A stretch of DNA of 62,879 nucleotides, counting the filler, from Kipferlia bialata (Eukaryota): assembly GCA_003568945.1 (NCBI GenBank). It is 6 parts of 6 records of this genome, joined end to end, with 100 filler letters (N's around TTAATTAATTAA, not from the genome) between each part and the next. Parts side by side here need not be neighbours in the genome. Positions count along the whole stretch, not along the records: positions 1 to 12,787 come from BDIP01001032.1; positions 12,888 to 25,656 come from BDIP01001033.1; 4 more parts are not named here. The stretch is one strand, 5' to 3'. The notes below the pieces were generated by a model. The model saw nothing but the letters and a program-made list of their open reading frames with translations, was not told the origin of the DNA and did not search any database. How positions within the stretch are numbered: the first letter of the stretch is position 1; the number at the start of each line of letters is the position of its first letter. Positions 1 through 13,269 of the stretch are shown here, piece after piece. A program made the position numbers and the translations under genes.

Positions 1-98
1 CCTCGCGGGGGGGGGGGAGCCCCCCCCCCCCCCCCCCCCCCCCCCTCAAACGCAATCCCTGGATATATCATCACTCTCTTGCACTCCTCTCACCCCAG

Positions 99-1427
99 GC
101 CGCCCCTCTCGGTTCATGCCCATGTCTGCCAGAGGGCCTGTGATCAACCGCTCTGGCTACTTTAGGTGAGGCCACTCCGTTTCAATTCAGTATCGTAGAC
201 ATTCAATATATATGGACCTCCACTCCCCCTTACCTTCTCCCCTCTGCCTGAGACTGACACCCCAGGGACCATGACCTTCCGGGGGGTAGGCGGAACTCCA
301 GCGGGAAATGGGACTCTCCGGTATGGGATAATATATATGATATATTCAATATGATAGAGGGCAGCGTTATTGTATGTGTGTGTTGTCTTTCCCCGGCAAG
401 TGTCCCTCTCACTCCGTCAGACCTTCCGACTGGTCCACTCTGAGCCCCCTCCCTACAAGCCCCTCTTTGGCACAGAGAGTGGGGACGTGGTCATGAACGG
501 CAACAAGGTATATATATATATATCCTTTGTATATCTTCAAGCAAGTTTGCATACTTACCCTCTTTCATTTTGAACTGCTTGTATTCACCCCTAGGTACAG
601 TACATCGGTGCCCTCGACACCACTGTGGAGGCACTCACAGTCACAGACCCAGACATACAGGTGGGTAATATAGTAGTAGATAGCGATACATAAGACCATA
701 CCTGTCTGTGGTGTCCCTCCCTTATCTTGTTAGTCTTCTCCCTTCTCACTCCAGTCAGGAGCTGTAGTCTTTGTGGGCCGTGCCCCTCTCTCACTCTACG
801 AGGGTCCAGGTTAGTGTACCCACACTCACATGATCAATGCGAAGTTACCTCTCACCCCTATACGTATCATGTCTCCCCCTAGTAGCCCCGTCAGTATATA
901 CCAACCACAATTAGACAGAGAGCCACCCCTCATCAATAGAGAGTGCCACCAACAGTGCCTCCCCTAGCAGACCAGACACGGGTAGGGAGGCAGACGCTGA
1001 GAGGGCCAGGAACAGAATGGGTCCTAGGGACTCACCAATGACAGCCAGGTACTATGGAGTATGTATATAAGTACTATACCATGTTGATATCTCTACCCCC
1101 CTTACCACTCCTCTCCCCTTACACCAGGGGTCCGCGGCCAGATATGTCTCTGTACCTGGGAAGACTCACATCGGAGAGGGGGCTGAGGTCAGGGGGTGTT
1201 TGTACCTACACAACTCCATTCTGATACTCCTGCTAGTATCTCTGTGTATGTATGTCTCTTCTCACCCCAGGGACATTGAGGAGGAGAGAGACGGGTCAGC
1301 GGATGGCCCCCCCACCCCTGCTGGTCTGTACAGTGGCCTCAGCCTCGCACAGCTATCCCTTACACCCTCCAGCAGAAAGACTGGGGGAGAGGGAGAGGGA
1401 GAGGGAGAGGGGCAGCCAGCAACATAA
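99..1427 (+). CDS. 3' part of a multi-exon hypothetical protein (5' truncated)
   Basis: GT-AG bounded exons 421-507 (TFRLVHSEPPPYKPLFGTESGDVVMNGNK), 595-660 (VQYIGALDTTVEALTVTDPDIQ) and 754-809; last exon ends GEGEGEGEGQPAT*. The exon near 880-1048 could not be phased cleanly. Confidence 0.55.
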
Positions 1428-2071
1428 CTGCAACGGTGGTTTAGTTGTTCGTGTGTCTCTATCGCACATGCCCTCAGACTTATGTCTGGTGAGAGGGTGG
1501 CACAGTGGCCCTTGGCCCATGCTTCCCTTGGGGAAGGCCAAGGGGTTGCTACACAGTGTATCAGCCACCACAGTGCGTCCGTGGTACCTGTCATGCTATC
1601 TAGACATTACATTGTGTCCTGGCCATTCTTTTGTTACCATTGCAACCGTCCTCTCGGCAACTTTGATGCCCAGTCAATGTGTGCCTTGGGTACCTGGGTG
1701 TAGGATGGTATATCCCTAATGGTATAATCCTTGTACCATGGGAAAGGCACAGGGGTGAAAGGTGTCTCTTTCCACTGCCTGTCACGCCCTGTGACTGTGT
1801 CCCCCACCTGTGACATGTCACCCAGTATGGCATACTATATGTCACAGTTTGGGGACATCGATGAGACTTGTTGTAGGTGGTCTTTCCCTCATGTGTGACA
1901 GACATCGAGTGGTGGCAATGTCGTATTGAATGTGTAATGATCAAGTCATCACTGAATCTTGAGAGAGAGGAATAGAACACGTAGTATCAGAGGTTGATCT
2001 GGGTCCACGTAAGAAGTAAGCTATGCTCTATTTCCTATTTCAATCTATGTTGTTACAATCCAGAGTGCCTC

Positions 2072-5000
2072 TCACTCCTCCTGCCTTCCCCTCCCTGCCG
2101 AGGCAGAGCGCTGAGGGGTAAGAAAGGGGGGGGGGGGGGGGGGTCAATTCAGAGTATGGTTGTGTACGATGTATAATTGTCAAATATGCAGTGTATAATA
2201 CTTGTAGATGTAGACGCAACCATACCTGAGTGTATGAGCTCCTTCTGCTGGTGACCAGGGCGTGTCTCTGCCTCTGGATGTAGTGGGCTATGTCCTCGTG
2301 AGGTAATAGCCGCCTGATACCCTGCAGGGGCCTGGCTCTGCTGCTGTCTCTCTCCCTCTCACCTCCGCTCTCCCTCCTGTTGACAGTGCCTGTTGTGGCA
2401 GATAGGGCTGACATACTGATACCAGGTGACACTGACACAGAGGCGGTGCGGGCAGGGGCACTTCCCTCACCCCTAGAGGAGGCAATGGGTACAGAGGGGA
2501 TAGATGGTACAATAGGGGCAGGAGAGGCAGAGCGCACACTCCTGGCCACTCTCTCTCTCTCTCTCGCCCTCTCCTTAGAGGCACTGCGCCGCACAGGCAC
2601 TGCCAGGCTCTGGGGGGAGAGGGACTCGCGACGACGGCTGACACTCCTCTCCCTCTCTCTCTCCCTGTCCCTCCCGGCCCTGAATGCATCGACCTCACCC
2701 CTCAGGAAGGCAACCTGGGGTGGGAAAAGGGGCAGAGAGTACACAGAGCTACACTCAGAAACACATACACCATGCCCATACCTCTGACTGCAGTGTAGCT
2801 GTGGTCTCCCTCATGTCTGCCAGGTCCTGCTCTAGGGACAGCTGCACAGTGACCTAGGGGGTGAGGGGGGGGGGGGATAGGTATCCAATCACACTATAGC
2901 ACATCTACACCCAGTCCCTACTACCGCACCCACCTTCTCCCTGAGCTGTGCCTCCAGAGACGCCTCTCCCTCCCCCTCTCCCTCTCCTAGCAATACAGAG
3001 GCGTCAAGGTCCAGGACAGATGCGTCTAGGCAGGGCTGCGTGGCCATCTGCTCTCTCTCCCTCTGTCTCTCCTCCTCCTCCAGCTCTCTAGCCAGGGACA
3101 CCTTCTCTCTCTCTGCCTCCAGAGCACGGATCTGGAGTCAGATACAGATACATATACACTAACATAAGCCATATACAATCTACACCTCACCTGCATGTGC
3201 AGCCTGTCTCTCTCTCGGGCCTGGATGGTGGCTTCGGCAGCCAGTCTCTCTCTCTCTCTCTCTCCCTCTGCCTCTGTCTGGGCCAGAGCCTCCACGGCAC
3301 CGTCTCTCTCCTCAATGATGGCGTCTCTCTCTCTCTCCACCCTGTCTCTCTCCCGCTGCAGTCTCTCTCTCTCCCTCTCCCCATCAGCCAGCTCCACCTC
3401 GAGCCTCTCGAGCTGGGCCTCTCTCTCAGCTGTCTCCTCTGCCTCTGCCTCTCTCTGCCTCTCCCTCTCCACCTCTGTCTCTGCCAGAGTGTTGTGCAGT
3501 GTATCACACTCCGAGGACAGGGAGGCACGGGCAGCAGTCAGAGACGCAATCTCATCAGTGGCTGGGGTGAGAGGGGGTTCGGGATATCACCCTTGTCATG
3601 TACAATGCATTCCTCTTCCTCTCTCTCCACCTGCATAGAGTTCTTGGGACATACAACACAGTCGTCTATATAATTACAAACACACATATATATATACCTA
3701 TATCTATGTCCCTACCTGCGTCGAGTGCCTGGGACATGGCACACACCTCAGACAGGGCAGCGTCGGCCTAGAGGGTAAGGACAGGTGAAGGGAAGAGAGA
3801 GCGACACACACACACACAGTACAGTCCACAGTCATTAGTTCCCGTACCCTATCCCTTGCCTCTCCCAGCAGCCCCTCTGTCTCTATCTGTGTCTGCCCTG
3901 CCTTCTCCAGGTCAGCCCTCAGCATCGCCTCAGCCTCCCTGGCCTGCCTCTCCCCCTCAGACAGCCTCTCTCTCTCCTCCTGCCACTCTCTCTGGGCACT
4001 CTCCATCCTAGTACGGGCACCCTCCTCAGCCTCTCTCATCTCAAGGGTGTGGGCAGCATGAGTCTCTGCAACCTGGGCAGCATGGGCAGCCTCTGCCTCC
4101 CTCGAGGCCTCCTGCAGAGTGGACACCTGAGCACGAAGCTCACTAAGGTAGCCCTCGGCCTGGGTGAGACGGGGGGAGTAAAACCTAACCATGAATATAA
4201 TCCCACAGACTACCCATCTGCACCCACCTCCTCGAGTGTCTCCCCCATGGCTGTCAGGGCAGTCTCCCTCTCGACTATCCTGGCCTGGGCCTGGGGGTAA
4301 GGGGGAGGGGGTACTTATGCAAAACATAATAAACACTCTGTGTGCATACATACACTATATCTACATATACTATACATAACTGTATACATAAATACACTAT
4401 ATACACTATATACATATATATACATACAATATGTAATCCTATATCGCCCCTCACCTGGGCCAGTGACTGTGTCAGTGCCGCCATCTCAAACTGGACTGAG
4501 GCATCTCTCTCGCGGAACTTCCTGGGAGGTGAGGACAGACATCTAACTATACTACTCATATATAACGTGGTGTCCCTGAGAGACACCATACCTGAGAATG
4601 TCGAGCTCCCTGAGTCCCTCCTCCCTCATCTCGCTCCTCTCTCTCTCCCTGGCCTGTCTCTCATCCTCCACAGCTGACTCAAACATGGCGCGCTCTGCCT
4701 CCCACTCCCTCTCTCTCTCGGCCTCCCTCGCTGTATGGGCAGCAATCAGTCTCTGCTTGTCTGCCTGGGCCTCCTCCGCATCTCTCTCTCTCTCCTCCTG
4801 CAGAGTCTGTCTCTCAAGGGCGTGTCTCTCTCTCTCCTGCTCCCTCTCTCTCTCCATCTGGTCAAGGGTCTCCTTAAGCTGAGCCGCCTCCCTCTCTCTC
4901 TCCTCCTGTGTCACCTTCTCTCTCTCCTCAAGGGTCTCCCTAAGCTGAACGGCCTCTCTCACACTCTCCTCCAGCCTCTGCCTCAGGTCAGCCACCTCTC

Positions 5001-8000
5001 TCTGTGTTTCGGCCTCTCTCTCCTCCTGCTCTCTCTCTCTCTGCCTCTCCCTCTCTCTCAGCTGTGACACCACCTCAGTCTCGGTGGCCAGGGTGGACAC
5101 TATGGACACACGCTCCTCATCAGCAGCAGCCCTCTCACGCTGCCTCTCAGCCTCAACCTCGGCACGCTCGGCCTCCCTCTCTCTCTCCCACTGCTCTCTC
5201 TCCCTCTCCCTCTCTGCCCTCAGGCTAGACAGGGCCTCCTCATGCTGCACCCCTAATGCAAGGGTGGCAGCATCAACAGCCGCAGAGACAGCGGTCCGGT
5301 GCTTCTCAGCCTCAGCCTCTCTCTCCCTCTCTCTGTCGACCTGTTCACGGGTGCGAGTACCAGCGGCATCCTGCCTCTCCCTCTCTCTCTCCTCCTCTAT
5401 CTGTCTGATAGCCTCCTCTAGTGACCCCATCGAGGCAGAGGCCTCCTGGACATACAGCTGGGTGAGACAGGGGGAAACACACATAGACACACATATCCAT
5501 ACAGCTACAGATCCACACAGTCAGTGTATTGAATGGACACCCACCTCATGGTCCTCCTTGGCCTGGTCGAGTGCCGCCAGCAGGTACTGTCTCTCTCCCT
5601 CCCCATCAGACAGTCTCTGCAGGGCGCTGTCTCTCTCTCTCTCTGCGGCCTCCACTGCAGCCTGCCTCTCTCTCTCCGCCCTCTCCATCCCCTTCACTGC
5701 ATCCTCTCTCTCCTGTACTGCAGACTGGGCAAGGGCCTCAGCATCCACCACACGCCGGTCATCCCTCTCGACGAGGTCCTTGCGCTGCCGCTCCTGCGGT
5801 TAGAGAAGTAGCGACAGGACTCTTTTGCATACAATGAGGATCGACACTATAAGCATACCTTGTCTTTGAGTGCCGATAGCTCTGACTGGACCTTGGAGAG
5901 CTGCTGGGGGTGAGGGGGTCTATCATGCATATCTATGACATACATACACATACATACATATATACACACATATGTTTACATACACATGCCTGAGTAGTGG
6001 CCGAGAGTGTCTGGGAGAGCTGGTCAGAGCGGGCATTGAGCTCAGTCACAAGGTTCCTGGTGGGTGAGAAGGGACACGAAGGAATGTGCCACATACACAC
6101 ACATATATACATATAGGATACCTGTGCCGGGCCCTCTCTGCCTCTCTGTCCTTCTGGGTCTCATCCACCATGCCACGCAGACGCAGGATCTCCTGCAGAT
6201 AAGGGATATGTATGGTATACAGATACGCTAGACACAGTCTCCCCTACCTTGTCCCTGGCCTGTCCCTGGTCGGAGAGTGTAGACACCCTTCTAGTCAAGG
6301 TTAGGTTGGCACCTCTGGCTACAGTCTCCTCCTGCTGGCGCTGCCTCTCTCTCTCTCTCTCCCTGATGCCAGCCAGTGACTCTGTAGACTGCACCCTGTC
6401 CAGCCCACTACTATCTACCGCACCCCCCTCCTCCATGGGTATCTGACCCATGGCCTGCATGGACAGGATAGACACAGGGGCACCCCCCTCGCCCTGGGGC
6501 ATGGCAATCTGGGGGGCCTGTCTGGTCAGAGAGAGAGACCGCCGGCCCCTCTCTCTCTCCATCTCTCTCTCTCTCTCCCTCTCCCTCCTCTCCATCACAG
6601 CTGACACTGGCGACATCTCCTGTGCCTGCGTCTCCTGATACTTATGATCACGGGTCTGGGCCTTGGCCTCCTCCTTAGCAGGAGCCACCTCTCCCCCCAC
6701 CTCCAGCATTCTGCCCAGAGACAGAGACCGAGCCACACGCTCCACCTCCTCCTGCCTATTGGCCTCAGTGTCTCTCTCTCCCTTGGCGTGGGTGGGTGCC
6801 TCTACCCCTGCCTTGGGTGCTGTCACACGCTCTAGGGATCCCCCCCTCGCTGTCTCCTCGAGGTCAGCCTGGGGTGAGGCAGATCTAAGGTACACAGATG
6901 CCAACACACACACACACATACATATATATATCACACATACAAATATATATATATCCAAACCTGAGCCATGACAAGTGCCTGTCTCAGCTTGGCCAGTGGC
7001 TTGGAGGGAGTAGCAGCTGCAGGGCCAGAGAGGGTGCTGAGCCTATCTCTATCCCTATCTGTGACAGGCCTCAGCCTAGGAACCACCCTGGTAGGGGTAT
7101 CAGAGGCATCAAGCAGGTACTCACTCCCTGTCGCCCTCTCTGTCTCTGCCTCTATGCATATCTCTGGGGTGTCGGCAGCCTGGGGGCGCCTGATGTCCAC
7201 AAGGCCTGGAGAGTGAGGGGGGAGCAAGAGCAAGGGTCATACACCCAGAGACATGTCATCACTATATACAGTTATCCATACCTGGCGACACCACCACTGC
7301 CACCCCCGCTGCCTCACCCTCATCACCATACCTCAGGGCTGGGGGTCAGGGAAAGGAGGGAGTCACGACACTGGCTATATATATTAACATCCACTAACAC
7401 TGAACTCCCCACAACTACTCATCCTGCCACTAACTATATATGTTACTATATATACTAGGACAGCACTCACCCTGGCCGTTGGAGGGGTGTGGGGTGGGCT
7501 GGGGGGGAGGCGTCAGCATGTAGAGAGAGTGCTCCCTGGGGCTCTGACCGGACTCAATCCCATTGGCAGCAGCAGCAAGTCGCCCGGCCACTCCTCTAAG
7601 AGGTAAGGAGGGGATGGGAGGGGAAGATCCTACAGTATGTATACACTCTGACTGATGGAATCGTAGTATTGTCCATACCTGCAGTCCTCCACAATGGCTG
7701 TGAAGAGCTCTCTCTGTGTCTCCAGTCCGTCCTGCACCATGTCAACATCAGTGGACAGATACTCCAGCCTGGGGGTGAGGAACGACATGCAATATCAATG
7801 CATGTGTGTTGTGCTACCCACACCCACCTGGCAAGTGGTATCCTGAGAGGGTCTGATGGATCAAGGGCATCACTGCAAGCGAGGGGGGACAGGCCACCTG
7901 AACCCTGGGTGTCAGATACATGTAGAGTTAGACACACTCACCACCTGCACTATAGTAGAGGTAACAAAACTCACCTTAAGAGTGGCTATGTGCTGTGTGA

Positions 8001-8586
8001 GGGTAGGTCTGAGGCCTGTGATGTCGGAGAGGGAAGAGGTGATCCATGGGATGCGGGCCTCAGCCTCAGCCTCGATATCGGCCAGAGTGTCCTGGGCAGA
8101 AGCCCTAGGGTGAGTGAGGTACGGGATTGATCAATGGGGTTAGAGGATATGTGCATAGTTATAGGGAGAGAGAGAGAGAGAGAGAGAGAGACATGGGAGT
8201 AAGAGTCACACTGGGGGTACACGGACAACACTATTAAGATGATCCATTGAATGTCGACCAGTGGAAAACACTATCACATTGCACCTCGAACAAGTGTGTA
8301 TTGGTATCATCCTAAAATGAATATATCGGCATATCCCCACCTGTTGTATGCCGTGACCATGTCTGTGTGGTCGGCAGACACAATCTCATTCACACACTGG
8401 GGGTGAGGGAGGAGTAAGGATAATAGTGGTATAGTATAGGTAGTATATGCAAGTACCTGAACAAATGCCGGTAAGAGCATTGCCGCGCACTGGGACACCC
8501 ATGTCTTACCCACACACTCATGGGAGTTGAGGACACAGTGCACCCCAAAGGTGAGACAGGCTGCAATACTGAGGGGTTAGACATTC

Positions 8587-8635
<49 letters not shown>

Positions 8636-9262
8636 AGGACAAAGTGCACACTAAAGGTAAGACATCCAGCCATACAGGCGGTATGAGAGTAGTACATACC
8701 CGTGTGCAAACCCTCTGTTTGTGTCTGTGAGGGACTGGGGACAATAGTAGAGTACAGTGTATATATATACACATACTGTATACTCTATAATACTACCATT
8801 ACCCGTGTGCAAACCCTCTGTTTGTGTCTGTGAGGGACGGGGGCAGGTTCCACCGGGGGTGGGTCATCAGGAAGTCCTAGGTGTAAGGGTACATATAGAG
8901 AAAGAGATATAGATGGGTGGTACATCAGGAAGTCCTACACATTGAATGAGAGAGAGAGAGAGAGCACCATACCTGCGGCACTATTGGGTCTCTGAGCCTA
9001 GTTGATCTGACTGTGTCTCCCTCGGGGTCATAGCAGATGATACCAAAGGGGGCGGGCTCAAAGTCTGGAGGATGAGTTATGTATTCACAATATCTTAATA
9101 GCAATTGGACACATATGTTAGCATACCTTCTGGGAACATTGCCTTGAGTGCCTCGTCAGACACAATCACACTATCTCTATATCAACATACATCATACACA
9201 ATGTATGTATATATATATATATATATATAACACATACCTTCTGGGAACATTGCCTTGAGTGC
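2072..9262 (-). CDS. Large multi-exon E/R-rich coiled-coil protein (C-terminal part)
   Basis: Long minus-strand exons (e.g. 4592-5457, 6250-6868, 2226-2715) with heptad-like E/R/A-rich sequence and GT..CCCCAG introns; terminal exon RSASAGRGRQEE* with stop at 2072-2074. Confidence 0.75.
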
Positions 9263-10162
9263 NNNNNNNNNNNNNNNNNNNNNNNNNNNNNNNNNNNNNN
9301 NNNNNNNNNNNNNNNNNNNNNNNNNNNNNNNNNNNNNNNNNNNNNNNNNNNNNNNNNNNNNNNNNNNNNNNNNNNNNNNNNNNNNNNNNNNNNNNNNNNN
9401 NNNNNNNNNNNNNNNNNNNNNNNNNNNNNNNNNNNNNNNNNNNNNNNNNNNNNNNNNNNNNNNNNNNNNNNNNNNNNNNNNNNNNNNNNNNNNNNNNNNN
9501 NNNNNNNNNNNNNNNNNNNNNNNNNNNNNNNNNNNNNNNNNNNNNNNNNNNNNNNNNNNNNNNNNNNNNNNNNNNNNNNNNNNNNNNNNNNNNNNNNNNN
9601 NNNNNNNNNNNNNNNNNNNNNNNNNNNNNNNNNNNNNNNNNNNNNNNNNNNNNNNNNNNNNNNNNNNNNNNNNNNNNNNNNNNNNNNNNNNNNNNNNNNN
9701 NNNNNNNNNNNNNNNNNNNNNNNNNNNNNNNNNNNNNNNNNNNNNNNNNNNNNNNNNNNNNNNNNNNNNNNNNNNNNNNNNNNNNNNNNNNNNNNNNNNN
9801 NNNNNNNNNNNNNNNNNNNNNNNNNNNNNNNNNNNNNNNNNNNNNNNNNNNNNNNNNNNNNNNNNNNNNNNNNNNNNNNNNNNNNNNNNNNNNNNNNNNN
9901 NNNNNNNNNNNNNNNNNNNNNNNNNNNNNNNNNNNNNNNNNNNNNNNNNNNNNNNNNNNNNNNNNNNNNNNNNNNNNNNNNNNNNNNNNNNNNNNNNNNN
10001 NNNNNNNNNNNNNNNNNNNNNNNNNNNNNNNNNNNNNNNNNNNNNNNNNNNNNNNNNNNNNNNNNNNNNNNNNNNNNNNNNNNNNNNNNNNNNNNNNNNN
10101 NNNNNNNNNNNNNNNNNNNNNNNNNNNNNNNNNNNNNNNNNNNNNNNNNNNNNNNNNNNNNN
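9263..10162. other. Scaffold gap (900 N)
   Basis: Run of N without a linker. Confidence 0.99.
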
Positions 10163-10174
10163 NCATAAACACAC

Positions 10175-11113
10175 CTGAGTTGATTGAGAGCACCGAGTCG
10201 TGTAGTGATGTCTGCCATAGTTGTGTATATGACACTGGAGTAGTCACTCTGGAGACTGGCCAACACGGCAAAGGAGGAGTAGACAACACAGAAGGCCTCC
10301 ATGAACAGAGCGACCTAGAGGTTAGAAGGAGGCAGGTAGACATTACACTCTCTGTATAGTAGATATGTCTTTACTCAAGAATATAATAATAGAAAGATCA
10401 GAGAGAAACAAACGCCACACTCACCATTGGACCATGCTGTGAGCCCTTGCCCAACAGACCCAGGGCACGGTCAGACATCTGGGGGTGAAGGAAACACTTT
10501 CTGTATATACACATACCAATACTCATATGCTAACTCAAGCGTACGTATATACACATATATCCATATATCCATCCCACCTTGACCGCGATGGCACTGTGCA
10601 CGTTGGGCAGAAAGTATATTATAATGCTACTCATATACACTTGTATACATATAATACATATATATATACATGTATACATATCCGTGTATACATATTACTC
10701 ACCTTGACCGTGATGGCACTGTGCACGTTGGTCATATAGCATTCATTCTATACAACTTACTCATGTATAAATATATACATACATATATTCATCATATATA
10801 TATATATATGTATATACATATATACATCCCCACCTTGACCGTTATGGCACTGTGCACGTTGGGCAGAGAGTATATACCCTCGGAGGGCTGGGGGATGGAG
10901 ACCTCAAACACAGTCTGGGGTGAGACGCATAACCACCACAGAACATACACACTCTTACATACTATAAGTGCATTGTACCTTCTCCTCCGTGTTGATAGAT
11001 AGTGATGCCGGTCTGAGTGTGCATATGCCCCTCTCTGCCAGTGTCCACAGGATGAGGGCATGCAGGAACTGGCCCTCAGAGTCAAGGAGAGAGGCATCAA
11101 GGCCCTAGAGTGA

Positions 11114-11151
<38 letters not shown>

Positions 11152-12787
11152 GCATGCAAGAACTGGCCCTCGGAGTCTAAGAGAGAGGCATCTAGGCCCT
11201 AATGTTAGTAGTATATACATATATATTTAGATAGAGAAATACAGACATCACTATATATGTCCCATCCAAGCCCTGGAGTTAGTAATCGCAAATCATAAAT
11301 ACACAGAACATTTCACAACAATTACACGGATCGAGGGACGGTGCGCGTTCAGGTCCAACAGTTAGTCTAGTATTCACACCTTCGTGAATATATTGATATA
11401 GAGAGAGAGACAAACTCCATTTCATGTACCTGCAGCACAATCTCGCAGAACCTGGCCAGCATGCCCACAAAGAACTCGGCCCTGGGGGTGAGGGAGATAT
11501 ATAGAGTATTATATACAACAGGAATGAATAAGAAAAGACACGGTAACATACCTATCGCTACTAGTTGTATCAGGTGACACCCCTGTGCTTGTGTGCAGCA
11601 TGGCGGCACAGGCCTTGGAGGGGTCGAGGAGACCATCGTTTATGACAAGGGTGGGGACCTGGAGTCAACTAATACATTATGTATAATATATCAATATAGA
11701 GGAATAATGCAGTATGAGAGAGAGGGGTATCGCAGCGAGAAGAGGAAGACATGCCATCGTTACTCACAAGGGTGGGGACCTGGAGTATGTTGAGGAAGAG
11801 AAAGAAGAGAAAGAAGGAAGAAAGAGACGAAGAAACTATCTGTATCCTACCTGGAATGCGTTGTGGACTGGGAGCTCACTGAACACAAACACAAACTTGG
11901 GCATGACTGTGATATGGGTGGAAGACATCAGGGAGTCAAACATCTGGGAGACTAGGGTGCCCTCTCTAGTGGTAAGTCAAAAAGGGATGTAGAGAAAGAG
12001 AAACATAGAGATATTGTAGTTTGTATACACATCCTCACCTGTCGAATGTCATGTCGACCACCACCCAGATGCCCTCGTCCTTGAGGTCATCCACACCTGG
12101 GGGGTGAGGGGGGTATACACATGTACATATATGTGTGTGTGTGGAAGGTAGTATATTGAGACACCTACGTGTTGCTTGACAAATGGGGTGAGAGGGGTAT
12201 TCATGTATACAAATACATATATGTGTAAATATATGTGGACACACACCCGTGCTGTCTGGTCTATGCCTCTCTCTATGCACCAAGGGGATGGGACACATAG
12301 TGCATATATAGATATATACAAATGTGCATATATACATATATTACTATATCGATACATACCTCCGTGCTGTCTAACGTATGCCTGCACCATACTAGGGTGT
12401 GATACATACTGATACATATGTATATATCTACGTATACACCACTATGTACCTCCGTGCTGCCTGATGTATGCCTGCACCATGTTGGGGTGTGACACATAGT
12501 GCACAGAGGCCTTGGAGTAGGCAGCGGCCTGAGTGTGAGTGAAGGAGATAAATATATATATATATATGTGTGTGTGTGTACATGCATATACACTGTGTAC
12601 CTTCTCCACTAGATGGTGCGCACTGACAGGGGTGTCAGACTGCACAACAAGGGCATGCTCCTTGGACCTGGGGGGTAAGGTTACACACCATACATACATA
12701 TATATATATGAGGAGAGAGATAGAGAGAGAGAGGGGGGGGGGGGGGGGGGGGGGGTCAGACTGCACCCCAAGGGCATGCTCCTTGGT
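10175..12787 (-). CDS. Multi-exon hypothetical protein; possibly the upstream part of the 2072-9262 gene
   Basis: Phase-compatible exons: SKEHALVVQSDTPVSAHHLVEK | AAAYSKASVHYVSHPNMVQAYIRQHGG | VDDLKDEGIWVVVDMTFD | ... | GLDASLLDSEGQFLHALILWTLAERG | TVFEVSIPQPSEGIYSLPNVHSAITVK. Same strand as the gene across the gap. Confidence 0.65.
10576..10866 (-). repeat. Donor-side exon-edge echo, 3 copies
   Basis: CCAACGTGCACAGTGCCAT(A/C)(A/G)CGGTCAAG|GTG at ~10830 (exon), ~10699 and ~10576. Confidence 0.9.
12163..12510 (-). repeat. Donor-side exon-edge echo, 4 copies with graded decay
   Basis: ..CAGGCATACATCAGGCAGCACGGAG|GT at ~12450 (exon), ~12358, ~12247 and ~12163. Confidence 0.8.
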
Positions 12788-12887
12788 NNNNNNNNNNNNN
12801 NNNNNNNNNNNNNNNNNNNNNNNNNNNNNNNTTAATTAATTAANNNNNNNNNNNNNNNNNNNNNNNNNNNNNNNNNNNNNNNNNNNN
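12788..12887. other. Artificial contig-joining spacer
   Basis: 44 N + TTAATTAATTAA (stops in all six frames) + 44 N. Confidence 0.97.
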
Positions 12888-13269
12888 TTTTTGAAGTGGT
12901 CAATTCCCCCCCCCCCCCCCCCCCCACCTATTATTGCATCCCACTTCATCCACATATGTATTGCCGACACTATGATATGGGAAGCGCATACAATACCTCC
13001 AAAGGAGGAGATATACTGTGGTGACAATCAATAATACATTCTATCTGAATCTCCCCCCCCCCCCCTCCCCCCCCACAATATTTCTCAAGAAGTACTAGTA
13101 ATGCTATATTGTTACAATTCCCTGTACGTGTCTCCATCTAACCCCCCCCCAAATCGTGACAGCCTAAAGAGTATTCCCAATCACTACAGTAGCATGTACG
13201 TCTCTCAAGTTACACGTATCTATTCACTCTAAAGTAATATTCATCTCTCTCATTGCAGGTGTCTCCTCC

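Noticed and set aside
880..1048. In-frame TAG near 911 as evidence for stop-codon reassignment
   Set aside because: Single case with an uncertain acceptor; long exons elsewhere have no in-frame TAA/TAG and TAA/TAG end several genes.
9166..10359. 300-380 aa ORFs in the track
   Set aside because: Almost entirely translated N gap.
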